DNA of 64,000 nt, counting the filler, from Asterionella formosa (Eukaryota), in the NCBI GenBank assembly GCA_002256025.1. It is 13 parts of 13 records of this genome, joined end to end, with 100 filler letters (N's around TTAATTAATTAA, not from the genome) between each part and the next. Parts side by side here need not be neighbours in the genome. Positions count along the whole stretch, not along the records: positions 9,939 to 14,803 come from NKIB01013320.1; positions 14,904 to 19,765 come from NKIB01013321.1; positions 19,866 to 24,727 come from NKIB01013322.1; 10 more parts are not named here. One strand, given 5' to 3'. The position numbers were made by a program, and so were the translations under genes. Shown here in pieces: positions 9,941 to 22,432 of the stretch. The notes under the pieces were generated by a model that was given only the letters and a program-made list of their open reading frames with translations, was not told where the DNA came from and searched no databases. Within the stretch, counting starts at the first letter, position 1. The number at the start of each line of letters is the position of its first letter.

Positions 9941-12016
9941 GGTTGCAAACAGGTTGAAGATCTAATTGATACTTGTTTCAATGAATCGCAAGCGCATTTT
10001 CCTTCTGTACGAACAACCGATATCAACATAAATCTGGAGAACGAGCCGGCGCTTCCAGTACAAATGCAACAAGAGACCGCTGTGCCGCAAATTCCGCCGA
10101 TTTTGTCTCGTACTCAAAACATCTCTTTCTTGCCACAAAAATTGCCAGCTAACGAAATCACAACCATCAACAAAACGTTGGCTCAACTACTTTTTAAGAA
10201 CTTCACACGTCAAATTAAGTCGTTTATTCTACAACCACCCAAGAAAGGTTACCGAGGCAGTAATCATATATCTGAAAGCGTAACAGATAATGGGCTCGCA
10301 AAACACAAGGATAAGAAGCATGCGAAGGACTGTACAGGACAAGCTTCAGGAAAAGGGGAAACCTGTAGAATCTCAGATAACGTGGCAGATCCTATTTTTC
10401 AAAACTGTTTGTCTCAAAATAATGCGGTATTGGAGAAACAACGAGTCCAATGCATTGAAATCACAACTGTGACATCTGAAAGCTTGTCAGATCCTTTTTT
10501 CAAAGTCCCTGTTACTCCAAATTGTACAGGACCTCTGCCTTCTCAGTCCCGAACTAGTGAAGGCAAATGTTTGTTCGCCGCTATCGCAGCTGCAGATGAT
10601 TTGATCACGGCCCCTGCGATCGTGGCGACATATTCTGTGTTCGCAGCCCCTGTTCCTCAAGGCAATACTGTATTAACTCCGTTACAGAAAGTCTTAGTCA
10701 GAGAAGACACAAATATGATCGCAGAAATCATTGAAGCACATCCTGCACTCACAAACCCCGCATCTCAAGGAAAGGTGGTAACTCCATCATCACAAATAGT
10801 AGCAAAAGAAAATACAGACGTAAACGCGATCGAGAGTCCGCAATTGGGGAAAGTCCTAGCCAGCGAAGGCTCAAATGTGATCGCAGAAATCTTGGTGGCA
10901 GATCCTGTTTACACAACACCTGCATCTATAGGAAAGGCGGTAGCTTTATCCTCACACATCGTAGCTAGCGAATGTGCAGACGTCAAAGGAATCCCGACAG
11001 TTGCTGCGGCCAACTCTGTACTCACAATTCCCGAGCGTCAACATAATGCAATAGTTCCATCACCAAGAGTCCAAGTCAGTGAAGACTCAAACATGATACC
11101 AGGTTACTTCGTAGATCCCATTCTCGCACGACCGGCATCTCTAAAACATGTCCAGTTACCGCCATTAGAGAAAGTCATAGCCAGCGAAAACGCCAATATG
11201 ATCGCAGAAATCATCATGGTGGCACATCCCGTCCTTACAACAGCCATGCACCAGAACAATGCAGTTGGGTGTGCTCCAAATTTAAAACCCCAAAAGAGAG
11301 CATCAAACGATGATGGTGATACTGAAACCGGTGAAAGTGAATATCGGGTAAGCAGCACGAGAGGAAGTATTGATGACGAAGAAATGCTGGACCATGTTGA
11401 ATCAGAGGATGAGATCCATAAATTCTGTGATGAAATGGATGAAACAGACGACGTCAAGAGTATCAATGATTCAGTGGTTTTAATGCCAGAGAAATTCTCG
11501 GCGCCAGAGGTTGATAAAAAGTTCCAATTGGAAGGCATTTTTGAAGTAGAAGCCATTATTGATGACCGTACTATTGGGAATGGTGGTCGAAAATATTGTA
11601 TTAAATGGAAAGGGTTTTCATTGAATGACTGCACTTGGGAACCAGAACGAAACATTTTTGACCCAAATTTTATTCGACAGTATAAAATGGAGAGGTTGTT
11701 GAAGGAAATTGAAGCAACCCCAGAAGCCAAGATCCCTCTCTCACCTTCTGCTAAGGTGGCAGCAGCTCTTGCTGTTGGTCTGAAAAGGGTCTGGAGCATT
11801 CCTCTTAAACGGAAAAGATTAGCCAAGACTTGCAAACGTTTATGCCCATTCTGTTGCCAGTCTTTTAATGATGGAATCGGTGTTCTCTCTCATATGAAAA
11901 TCCACTCTACTCTGTCAAATTTCGCAATAATTAGAGATGCTGCTCGAGTATTGGACATAGCTTGGTATAAAAGCCATGAGCAAGATCATGCAAAATGGAT
12001 CTCAAAGGGTATATGA
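9941..12016 (+). CDS. Chromodomain plus C2H2 zinc-finger protein with internal ~35-aa repeats; 5' partial
   Basis: Chromodomain FEVEAIIDDR...KYCIKWKGFSLNDCTWEPERNI; zinc finger CPFC-x12-HMKIH. The frame is open from the contig edge (9941) to the ATG at 10064. Confidence 0.85.
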   Translation, partial: GCKQVEDLIDTCFNESQAHFPSVRTTDININLENEPALPVQMQQETAVPQIPPILSRTQNISFLPQKLPANEITTINKTLAQLLFKNFTRQIKSFILQPPKKGYRGSNHISESVTDNGLAKHKDKKHAKDCTGQASGKGETCRISDNVADPIFQNCLSQNNAVLEKQRVQCIEITTVTSESLSDPFFKVPVTPNCTGPLPSQSRTSEGKCLFAAIAAADDLITAPAIVATYSVFAAPVPQGNTVLTPLQKVLVREDTNMIAEIIEAHPALTNPASQGKVVTPSSQIVAKENTDVNAIESPQLGKVLASEGSNVIAEILVADPVYTTPASIGKAVALSSHIVASECADVKGIPTVAAANSVLTIPERQHNAIVPSPRVQVSEDSNMIPGYFVDPILARPASLKHVQLPPLEKVIASENANMIAEIIMVAHPVLTTAMHQNNAVGCAPNLKPQKRASNDDGDTETGESEYRVSSTRGSIDDEEMLDHVESEDEIHKFCDEMDETDDVKSINDSVVLMPEKFSAPEVDKKFQLEGIFEVEAIIDDRTIGNGGRKYCIKWKGFSLNDCTWEPERNIFDPNFIRQYKMERLLKEIEATPEAKIPLSPSAKVAAALAVGLKRVWSIPLKRKRLAKTCKRLCPFCCQSFNDGIGVLSHMKIHSTLSNFAIIRDAARVLDIAWYKSHEQDHAKWISKGI

Positions 12017-12599
12017 CATATCAGGCATTATGAACCAATCAGAAATTGGGTGAGATTAGGTCTTCCATGACCGCATCAGCCATCACTGCGGGAAAGCAAA
12101 TTTTAACTTTTGCAAGCCGTGACGCCTTCATAGTGATTCACAAATGGCTGACATGTGGTGGAAAGGGTAGTGTAAGATATTCGGCAGTTTGGCATTGATT
12201 CCTTTATTAATAGGAAAAATTCCCAAATGTTCCAGAGCCAACTTCACAATGTAAAAACTTTTCTTCTGAAACAAATAACCATTTTTCATCAATATGAACC
12301 TGGAAGTAGAAGCTATTGTATTATCCAAACAGTGTGATATCCGCACAGTACAGGATCCAAATCAATTTAAGGGGCGGGGTTCGATCACTGTTGAAAAGCA
12401 AGGACTGAAATGAAAGCTGTTTGTAAATGTTCTAAGTCTAATCGGGATTAGATTGTTTCACTATTTTCATTCATTTCTGAGTATGTTATTTCAAACTCAT
12501 TGTCTAGAAGTGAGGTGGCATGCATCCTTCTTGATTTCTATATTATTTTTTTAACGTTGTGCTATTCCAATAGTAAAACAACTATGACCAGTCTAGTAG

Positions 12600-13723
12600 G
12601 AGAATAATTGAATTCAAGGTAAAGGAGAGGAAGAACAAGCAAAGAACAAAAAGGAGAAGGAAAGAAGCAATTCATAGTACTACTAGTAAATTTAAAATGC
12701 TAAAGGGGTGACTGATGTTTCATCAGAACCAGCTATTGCTCCATTTTACCAATTACTGAGCAACAATAAAATACTTTGGGATCGTATATTTATTGAAAAA
12801 TTGAGTTTCTGATGGGAAACTCTCTTGATTTTGAGGAAAAAGAGACTTTATTGCAGTCAATGGGAAGAGAAATGAGAGTACTTTGTTGAATGAACACCGA
12901 AATGTCACTGTGAAGTGGTTGCAGGAGAGGGAATCGAGTATTCTTGGGGTCGCGCCAAGTTTTTTTACTGTCAGGTTGCTCTGACAAAGAAAAACTGGAA
13001 AAAGAACTTCAGGTCTGCAGTGCAAGCAAGCAAGCATGTCAACTGACAAAGTGTTAACAACAAATAAGCTAAGACATTTTTCAAGGCGAGCAAGGCAATA
13101 TATATGTGCATGCTTCAAGAATTGGGAAGATCTTGAGAAATCTCAAGATGACAGGATGGATGCTGAAGTTGACACAACAGCAAATGAAGCTGACCAAATT
13201 AGTGTTGAGAAGCTTGTCAAACAGTTCTAAACACACTGGCTGCCATGCCTTCGATTTCGACACAACATTCTGCAAGGCAACCTAAGACTTCAATCTAACA
13301 TAGCAAACAATAGAGCAAGAACGAAGCAAAGAAGAAGCAACCAAGCAGCAAAATCAATATACATGAACGTTGAATGAGCGGAGGGCAATATATATCGAAG
13401 AATATGCATCAATTTTTGTGTTCATCACAATTATTTACTCTGAATTGTTAAATGCAAAAGAAAATCTATACTAACGCCTACATATTCTACAATTTTGATC
13501 TTCAGGTTGCAACCAGCCATTATATACTGACAATATAAAGAGTCCTACTTTGTTCGAAGACAGTGTGTGAACATTTGGAAAAGTGTCTATTGGTGAAAGC
13601 GCCATTGAGCGTTATACATATTTATTTTATATGTGAAAAGTACGTGTTTGATTAGTCTGACTCAATTACAAATTTGAACCCTACCGGTATCTTGATTCAG
13701 GGGTTCAAATGCAGCAACCATAA
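12600..13723 (+). mobile_element. Decayed DDE transposase (IS630/Tc1-mariner-related, TPKCHxELAGEGIEYSWG type), C-terminal part, followed by a terminal inverted repeat
   Basis: TPKCHCE..AGEGIEYSWGRAK and VLTTNKLRHFSRRARQYICA. Ends in CAGGGGTTCAAATGCAGCAACCATAA (13698-13723), matching the right TIR of the MITE at 48622-48647. Confidence 0.7.
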
Positions 13724-15313
13724 TTGACGGATGACTGTTTATCTAGCGTAGGAGAAGGAAGGCTATAGAAGAAGCTTAAGAGAGAATGTACGTAGGAATC
13801 TACGTGAAGGAGCACAAGGCTCGGGAAGCAGTACCAGGATACGAAGAATTTAACATACTGTACATAGGAATTCATAACAGAAATTTAGTATATGGCTTGA
13901 GGGAAAGCACTCGTTCCATTTCATGGATTTCAATATTAGGTCCCTAACATGAATTCGTCCACTTCTTATAATAAATAAATATACTGTTATCATTGACGAA
14001 GCACCATAACAGCTAATCTTGGAAGTGTTTCTATACTGTGAATAACGGTTCATGATTTAAAAAATCATGAAGTACACTACCCATAGGTGTATAAAAGTGT
14101 ATATTATTAGCGCTTGTGTGGTGACGGAGTTCAGCACAGTACCTGGCACCATTAACAGAAAGTGCTCGTTTCAATCGTTGCTTTCTTCTGCCTCGACGTT
14201 GGCCTCATCGTCCTGTTATCTCCTTGACCCCAGTCACAAAGCGATCACAATTTAACTCTTTGATAAAAGGTAAGCAGGATGCTTTATGATGTCGAAGTAT
14301 CGTTTCATGAGGGTTCATACTGTATTTACATATTTAGTATGAAAACGTGTATTCACTCCTGGTTGTTACCTGTGCTTACGCATACTTAGATTGTAAGCGG
14401 GGGTTCTCGATGTCCTCGAGTAACGATTCGATTCTTTTCTCCAAGATGCACGGTCTCTGCGGATTAAAAAAATCTCCATCTACACATCTATAGATGACGA
14501 TTTCTCCATGATGAAATAACATACTAGCGGTAATAACCAGCTGGTCCGCCTTTCGATTCAGACGTGATCGTCATCCATGTTAGTTTTTCATCACTGTTTG
14601 TCTTCTCCTTCTAATCCTTCGCGTTATATTTGTCTTGTGATAACAATACTGCTAGTAAGCTGTTGAGCTGCTAGTTCAGCGCGGAAACAAGCAAAATGGA
14701 ACAGGAGAAGCCAACAGTGGGACCCATTGGTGCCACTCCTCCGGTATCGTCAGTAGTAATGCTAACAAAAATACAAGAATGGTCTCCAATTCAGACCCCC
14801 GCCNNNNNNNNNNNNNNNNNNNNNNNNNNNNNNNNNNNNNNNNNNNNTTAATTAATTAANNNNNNNNNNNNNNNNNNNNNNNNNNNNNNNNNNNNNNNNN
14901 NNNTGAATCCTGCATCGGAGGCTCTTCCTCCAGGACCTTGTTCTGTGGGTCGTTTATCGACTACTCGAGGAATGACGAGATTGGACGCCGCTCGGCGGCC
15001 ATGAGCGACCGAAAGGCGACGAGCACAAGAAATCATCGTTCGTTCTGTTGCACGCCGCGGTGTGCTCAATACATAGAGCTCGAATATGAAAGGGTATTGT
15101 GAACAGTCTCCTCTACCTACAGGGTACCTGGTACTACTGTAGGCTGGGAGACAGTCAAAAAAAAAGTGAAGAATTCCGACTGTATGTTTTTATGTATATA
15201 ATAAAGTGGCATGTACTTGATCGTCCCGATTCAACTACAATACAAGGTACCAGGTAACAGGTAACAGGGTACCTGGTAACAGGTAACAGGGTACCTGGTA
15301 GGAGTAGTGGGTG

Positions 15314-15431
15314 AGCGATCTAGCGCATCAATACAGACGTAAATGGGGTTAGTGTTATATTATATATCAGAACTCAATAATGAGAGAACTCGACTAACCC
15401 TTATTGTATACTTTGGTGTCTACTTAGAGAA
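15314..15431 (+). repeat. Short LTR-like direct repeat (copy of 19036-19157)
   Basis: Near-identical ~120-bp copy including GGGTTAG and the TGTT start; the terminal CA is lost. Confidence 0.75.
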
Positions 15432-16948
15432 TGAGTAATACACAAGGATTAACAAATAAGCTCACATATTCAACAAATACTACTACTTCTAGTTAGATAC
15501 TTCACTTTGAATTCAAAAAGAGTCCAATTAGAATTAATAATCATGTTGAAATACTGTCCTCTCAAGGTCCAGTGGTCCCATTGATGAAGGATAACAACAC
15601 ACTAAACATCAAGATTCAGACCTCTTTGTGTATCCCTACCAGGTTGATGTTTGGAGTCTTTCAACAAAGATATGATCAGTGAACACTCAGTGGAAGCAAG
15701 CTTGTTGATTGATTTCAGTAAATCCTGTTATATTGCTAACACATATACCTTCAGTCCAGCAGATTCCTTGCTTGTTCACCTACTGCGACAAAAGATAACT
15801 CACAGATATCGTCTTGTCTGACTGGATGAGCGTTGCAATACACCCAGATGCTCAGTCTCATAATAGTCTCAACAACAACAAAGTCATGGTGATGTGGCTA
15901 GAAGATACCTTCTTCATGATATCTCTGAGAGTCAGCATCAGTGGATGCCATGATAATACTCAATAAAACATTTCAACATGTCTATCATAGATTTCTATGC
16001 CTGTCTCAAGACCTTAAAGAAGTTCCTGAAACTCATGATACCTCATCCAGAAGATCAAGAGGTCCCCGCCAAGGAAGCTTTGAGGTTGATTGTCATTTTG
16101 CTTTATTGAAAATGCGTGGCAGCAAGGGTTTGAACAGAACAATGAAAAGAACACAAAATAATTAATTCGCTTGGTTTTGAATTACTTTGAGAGTCACCAA
16201 TCATTCAACGATCAACTCAAGCACATCCTCAAGCATGAGTTCTACCATAAGCCGAAACCGACTTCGCATCGCTTAAGGCAGTCGTGTTATGTCGAGAAAA
16301 CGCGCGTGCCTGGTATCAATTTTCTACCACAAAAATCGTCTATAAATAGTTGAAGTTGAAGAAATCCCATTATGCATCAAGAAAACAAGCGTGACTTATG
16401 TCAATTTTGACAAAAGATCGTCTTCGCATTGCTGAATGCAGTCGTGTGATGCATCAAGAAAACAACTATTTCAGGCGAAAATTTGTACATGATAATTTTA
16501 TACTAAGTGGCAATGGCAGGGCACTTGCATTTTAATGCAGCCAGCCACGCATGTGATAGTGAAACAAAGGTCAAAAAGAAGGCCCATCGAAGTTAATATA
16601 ACTAACACTACTAACCCTGTTCCTGTTCCTCTGGCGAGGAAATTCCACGTGGAGCGAATTATCATACTGACACAGCTAACCCTATTCATGTTTTTTTCTT
16701 CCGTGCATGTTTTATACAAGCAAATCCATGGGTTAACCCTAGTATGATGATGTCTGGTTAGGGTACTGTGGCTGCTGAGGGCCATACCTCCCGACTTTTA
16801 TGAATCTGCCCAGGAAATTTTAGTGGTCATGAACCCTCCTGTTGGTCAGCTAATGGCCTATGTGCCTAATGAGCAAAAACCATCAGAATGCTGAACAGAT
16901 CGCCTTAACAGAAGTGTGTGCGATAATAGCAATGCTATGATTTTAATA

Positions 16949-16951
<3 letters not shown>

Positions 16952-16995
<44 letters not shown>
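16952..16995. repeat. (TA)22 microsatellite
   Basis: Perfect dinucleotide run. Confidence 0.95.
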
Positions 16996-16998
<3 letters not shown>

Positions 16999-17249
16999 TA
17001 TTCATGAGAGACAGCGCATTGATTATGTCTGACATCAATCATTACCTGGATAACATTTGTTATTTACAGGATAATTGCAGGTTGGTTAAAAACGCTATTG
17101 TAACGCGGGATATTTTAAAATACAAAGGTTGATTCAATATATCATTCCATATGCAAATCTCAAGGCCTGAAGCCGGTCTCATTCTTTCCTTGCCTGAGAA
17201 TGCATAAGCTTCATTTCATTTCATACCCATTTCATTACCAACCCAAGGA

Positions 17250-19157
17250 TTGGTGGCTGCTATGTATATACATGACAGAAGATGAATGTTACTTGATCGT
17301 AGTGGGTCCTGATCTTTAACTTATGAATGAATTGTACTTCAGGACATTTCGTTGCCCATCGAGCATTTATACTTGAATTATACCATGCATAGCAGGTATG
17401 ATGTTTTCTTCCTTTGCCAGTACTCTTTCATAAAACATGATGCTCCCAAAATTTAATCCGTCAGCTTGTATGCTGCAAGAGAAGTACCTGGCCTTAGTAC
17501 ATTCTGTGAGTTTGCTCGCTCATTTGTCAAGCTGGTTAATTTTTTTATGATGGATTTTGTACAAAATACTATGATTCCTATAATGATAAAGAACATTTAC
17601 ATGATGGATTGCTCTATTTTGATACACCTATCAAAGATTATGTTAACTCATGAAACATTAAGACTGCTAACTATACAGATACGGAAAACTGCTGTTATGG
17701 CTGAAATAAATTTATTTAACCACAAATCATCAAGCACAATTCCAAATGAAATGATCTGTTGAAGAAACTGACTCATTGGGATATCAATAAAAATTTGGTC
17801 TTCAAAATTAAAAAGGGATTTAAATGGAACTGGTCCATTTTTCTGGTTACCTATGCATACATCAAGAAGCTTTTGAATCAATGAAAGAATTGTAAGTTGC
17901 AGATACACTCATGCGTTATCCTGATCGTAATTTTCCTTTCCATATTTTTTCTGATGTTTCTGATTGTCAATCAAGAAACTTTCAAAGAATTTCGCTCTAT
18001 GTCATTGAATACGGTTCTATATGTTCACACTGAGCATCGTATTTTTATTTATAATACCCTACACATAAACTCAACGTCTTCTCCAGTGGAGGCTTTATAT
18101 TGAAGAATATCTTCTCCTTAATTTTCAAGATGTGAAGGGTACTGATAATGCTAACTTTTACAGATTCTATCTCTCGCCTCCCGAGGCTTGAGTCTTTGGT
18201 GGGGGATGATATTGGGCCGAAATCTTCAGCATCAGCATCCACTTCTACTTTCTCAATTGAATTAGATGATGAACCTCAGTTCACCCGTTTTCTCAATCAT
18301 CCAATCTTGGAAGCCAATTTTCAATATCCTCTGGATTATAAATCATCAAGACATGAAAATTTCTGGAAAAACAATTGATTCAATACAGTCACCAATTTAC
18401 CAGAAATTTCACGTATCAATAATAAGACATCAGAATATTTTGCGATCAAATTTGAAAATGATTTGTTAGACAGATATCTCCGTCCAGAACGTTGTATACA
18501 TGACAATGGAGGTGAATTTACTGGTATTCCTTTCATACACATGTTAGTGTTGAATGGAATTAAAAATGGGACCATTACAGTCAAGAGTCCACAAACAAAT
18601 GCTATCTGTGAACGTTGACATCAATCTATCAGTAACAGTTCACGAATTATGTAAAAGGATCATCCTCCAATCAAGGAATTTCAAGCTCAAAATATCGTGG
18701 ATACCCTGAGCTGTTTGCTGCATCATATGCAGCTCGAGCTACTATTTCTAGCACATTGCCTATTTCACCACCAAGAATATGGCTGGTTTTTCCAACATGA
18801 TAGGATACTAAATATTCCTTTGATTACAGATATGCAATTGATATTGGGATATCAATGTCGATAAGTGATAATTGACAAATCTCTACATAGCGATAGTTTC
18901 TGTCGTCGTTCTTGTGATAACAAAGTTGGTGATGAGATTTAATCCTATTGAATAATCCTAATACCTTGGATGACCATGGACGAGGTCCTTATTCTATTAT
19001 TCAAGTATATGCCAATGCATGGTACAGTTATTTTTAGCGATCTTGCGCATCAATACAGATGTATATAGGGTTAGTGTTCTATTATATACATCAGAACTCA
19101 ATAATGAGAGAACTCGACTAACCCTTATTGTATACTTTGGTGTCGACTTAGAGAACA
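17250..19157 (+). mobile_element. Ty3/gypsy LTR retrotransposon remnant with an 83-bp 3' LTR
   Basis: Protease-like LLD.SGS; RT-RNaseH linker HQEAFESMKEL..ADTLMRYPD; RNaseH ETFKEFRSM..VHTEH..QRLLQWRLYIEEY..KGTDN..DSISRL; integrase CIHDNGGEFTG...SPQTNAICER; GPYSIIQVYANGTV; then TGTTCT...AGAACA at 19075-19157. Confidence 0.85.
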
Positions 19158-19199
19158 ATTTATACAATTAAAAAAATTAAGCAACAAAACATACCTAGC

Positions 19200-19600
19200 T
19201 ACGCAAGACTCTAAGTCTGCGAGAACGTTTTGCACATACAAATTCCGATTCCAATATTTTGGCGACTGTTGAATAAGCCGATCGGGTCGACTTTTTGGAG
19301 GAGGATTGCTCTACATCTGCGGGGTTTCATCAAGATTCAAGTAGATAGCCGTGTACCCTATAACGTCAGGAGTTAACTTCTGGAGAGAAACTGCAGTTAT
19401 GTATCGTAGATATTTAGAAAAGCTTCGCAGCCCCTTTTTTGACTATTTTTGCGATAGTTACAAATCTACGATACATTGCTGCAGTTTCTTTCCAGAAATG
19501 AGGTCCCCACCGTATCCGAAGATAGAACATACCCATAAGTCGACCCATGACTGTATCTAAGCATGTGCCAAGTGGTCGTATTGGTGAAAGCTAATTTCTC
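19200..19600 (+). mobile_element. Diverged relative of the internal right part of the MITE at 47525-48647
   Basis: Colinear similarity to about 48145-48535 (GATTGCTC, AGTTAACTT..GG.GAGAAACTGCAG, TGCAGTTTCT, GTATTGGTGAAAGCT). Confidence 0.6.
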
Positions 19601-22243
19601 CTTTAACTATATTATGTACTTTTAAGTAACATCTAAGCCGCGAAATACGCCACTTTTCGAAATTTCGTCTACGTATGAGTGTTAATTATGTGGTACTTCA
19701 CATGCATTAATGCCACTCTTCACGTAAAAAAGATTACTTTTAACGGTTTCATGTGAAGTTTTAACNNNNNNNNNNNNNNNNNNNNNNNNNNNNNNNNNNN
19801 NNNNNNNNNTTAATTAATTAANNNNNNNNNNNNNNNNNNNNNNNNNNNNNNNNNNNNNNNNNNNNTGGCCATGGAATTTTCATATTTTCTTTCTACTTCT
19901 TGATTGGCCTTCCTCTCTGTCCTCAGTTCCTAGCTATCTATACTAGCTGGTCTACACAAACTCTAAGAGCCTTATTTGGGCTCCTTGCCCTTTTTTGCCA
20001 TCTCTAAGGTTGTTTCCTAGTCTGCAACCCCTAAGAATCCCTCAATGGACTCGCCCTCACTGGTCATTCCTTTGGGGCCCAATTGGGCCCTAGTAGTAGT
20101 TCAGCCGACTCAACGAACTCCATGAGATTTGAGTTTCAATAAAAGCGTACTATAAAAATTTCATATTCCAGTATGTAGAAAAATATAGCAACATACAGGC
20201 TAAATAATTATATACTAGCGTCTACAAGGGCTACGGTATTTCGGGAACATCATATAAATTCAGCCATAGTAGTGCTGGTAAGTGAAATGTGATATGTATG
20301 ATATTGCAAATATAGCGGTACTCCGGTAGGATGTTGCATCAGGCGCAATGATGACTGTGACCATGTCTATAGAAATACCTTTACATACTAGTATGTTCAT
20401 AGTATTGGCAAGGCTATCAGGGAGTGGTGGTCATATGTATTCTTCATAGTAATAGGCATAAGGGTCATTCAGAAAATCTATTCGTACTTGCAAGTTCTAG
20501 CTAGTCCTCGTTGTCAGCAAATCCTAGTCATTTTCCGCAAATTCTAAAAGTAGAAAGAGACGATGATTCCTATTTAAATTCCGAAGCAAGAAGACGGTTT
20601 GCTGAACCGGTTCATCAGTCAGCAACTGATTTTGCAAATCGTCGTCGGTCAATATGAGTAACATTTTCCTAAAATACATAAGGAATATCATTTCCATTGA
20701 AAGCAGGTCTATCTCGTCTGGCAAGTATGGGACGAATCATCGGGAGTGAGTCGAAACTGACAAGGTGTGCTTACAATGTTTAATACCGGACCTTCCTCAG
20801 GAGGATCATGTTCCATCGTAGTATGTACATGTCTTACACACAGTATAATATTAAGTATGACTGCAGAAAAAACAATGGTACCTGTGCTCCCTCTGGGCGA
20901 AAATAGCTGCATCAATTCTTAGAATTTCTCTGCGCCATTTCTTCGACTCCCAAAATTTTCTCGTCTGCTTTCTCAATTGCTTTAATGTTCTAGCTGATCT
21001 AAGCATACTTTATATGCAATAAATTTAAAAATTGGCAACTATGTTTCAAATTTTTTTTGGGCTTTTTCGATTTTCACTCATGGCCATCTCGAGGAAAATG
21101 CAGATGCATCATGAGGATCCTCATTTTCTTCCAACAATTTATTTCTAAATACATTCATATTAAGATATAGCAGTAAAAGAATGGAAGCTTGAGTTTGATT
21201 GCTGAATGTTCATCCGCAAAAGTGGCAAATATGCCAAGGAAGAATACGATGGCATGCTTGCTTTGATCATCGGAAACTTTAAAAATCCGGCTGTATGGTC
21301 AATGTAAATGTAATAACCATAGAAAGTTTATGGAATGACTGTTATTCTCTCCATCGGAACAGCTAAATGTAACAACCGTAGAAAGTGTATGGAACAACTG
21401 TTATTCACTTCATGTTATAAATTAGGCGCGCTTTGATATTAAAATTTTTTATTTTATCATGTGTGTATTTTAACACAAAATATTTTTGCGATTTGATTCC
21501 TAATAACGTTGTCGCCCTGTGGTAATCAAGATATTTTAGATTAGTCATCTGACATTTTATATAAATTTAACTTTATTTTATAACAGTTATAGTTTCATAC
21601 TAGCAATGCATCCTCTTGCGTGTTATGCGGCCTCTTGTTGATTGTCCACATGAGTGATATAATTTCACCAGTGTCAGTCACTGACCTGCATGTCAGCTTA
21701 CCTCTCAACTCCTGATGAAAAGGATGATGCCATGAGTGAATTGTGTGATTCTTTTTCCTGAAAATATTTTATCATTGGCAGACCGATGTGAAAGGGCATT
21801 TGGCGATATGTAGATGTACCAAACGGATAGACCGGTATGTTTGTTAAATTGATTTCGAACAATTCATGTAGATGATAATTATTTGATTAATGATTGCACG
21901 TTTTTCCACATGCCTAAAAAACTAGCTAAAATGCATATTTTCGAGTAAGCCGACCCTCAGATTGAAAGATAGTATGTTGTACATGTAATCAGGTACCGTA
22001 GATGTGTACATTTAGACTGATGCTGGTAGTCTACTAATAACATACCCCTATGCATATACCGGCAAATCCCGCTCCAGCTATCGTCTTGCCATTCGGGTAC
22101 TTCTAAAAAATTTTAAGGTTCTAAGCAATTTCTTAAGTAATTTTTATTTAGGGGCAATATGTGGTGATAAAATATATGGAATCCAACGAATCGAGAATCA
22201 ATATTCTTAGTAGTGATTAGAAACCAAGACCCAAAACATCTCG

Positions 22244-22432
22244 ACATTTATTGACAAATGACTTGAGATGTTTACTTATTGACAAATGACTGGACTGGAG
22301 ATGTTTACTTATTGACAAATGACTGGAGATGTTACTTATTGACAAGTGAATCAGATGCTCACTTATTAACAAAAGAATAAGTGCTGCTCACTTATTGTCA
22401 AATGAATAAGCTTACTTATTGTCAAAGTAAGC
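22244..22432. repeat. Degenerate ~27-bp minisatellite (ACTTATTGACAAATGACTGGAGATGTTT)
   Basis: About seven units sharing ACTTATTG(A/T)CAA, decaying rightwards. Confidence 0.8.

Noticed and set aside
11104..11835. 243-aa minus-strand ORF and similar antisense ORFs over real genes (e.g. 55474-55944, 31555-31989)
   Set aside because: These are shadow ORFs opposite well-supported CDSs and have no recognisable motifs.
15432..16500. Possible gag region of the gypsy element
   Set aside because: Degenerate coding-like sequence with no recognisable gag or zinc-knuckle motif; left unassigned.
22244..22432. CRISPR-like array
   Set aside because: The units are adjacent and degenerate with no unique spacers, there are no cas genes, and the context is eukaryotic. 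It is a minisatellite.
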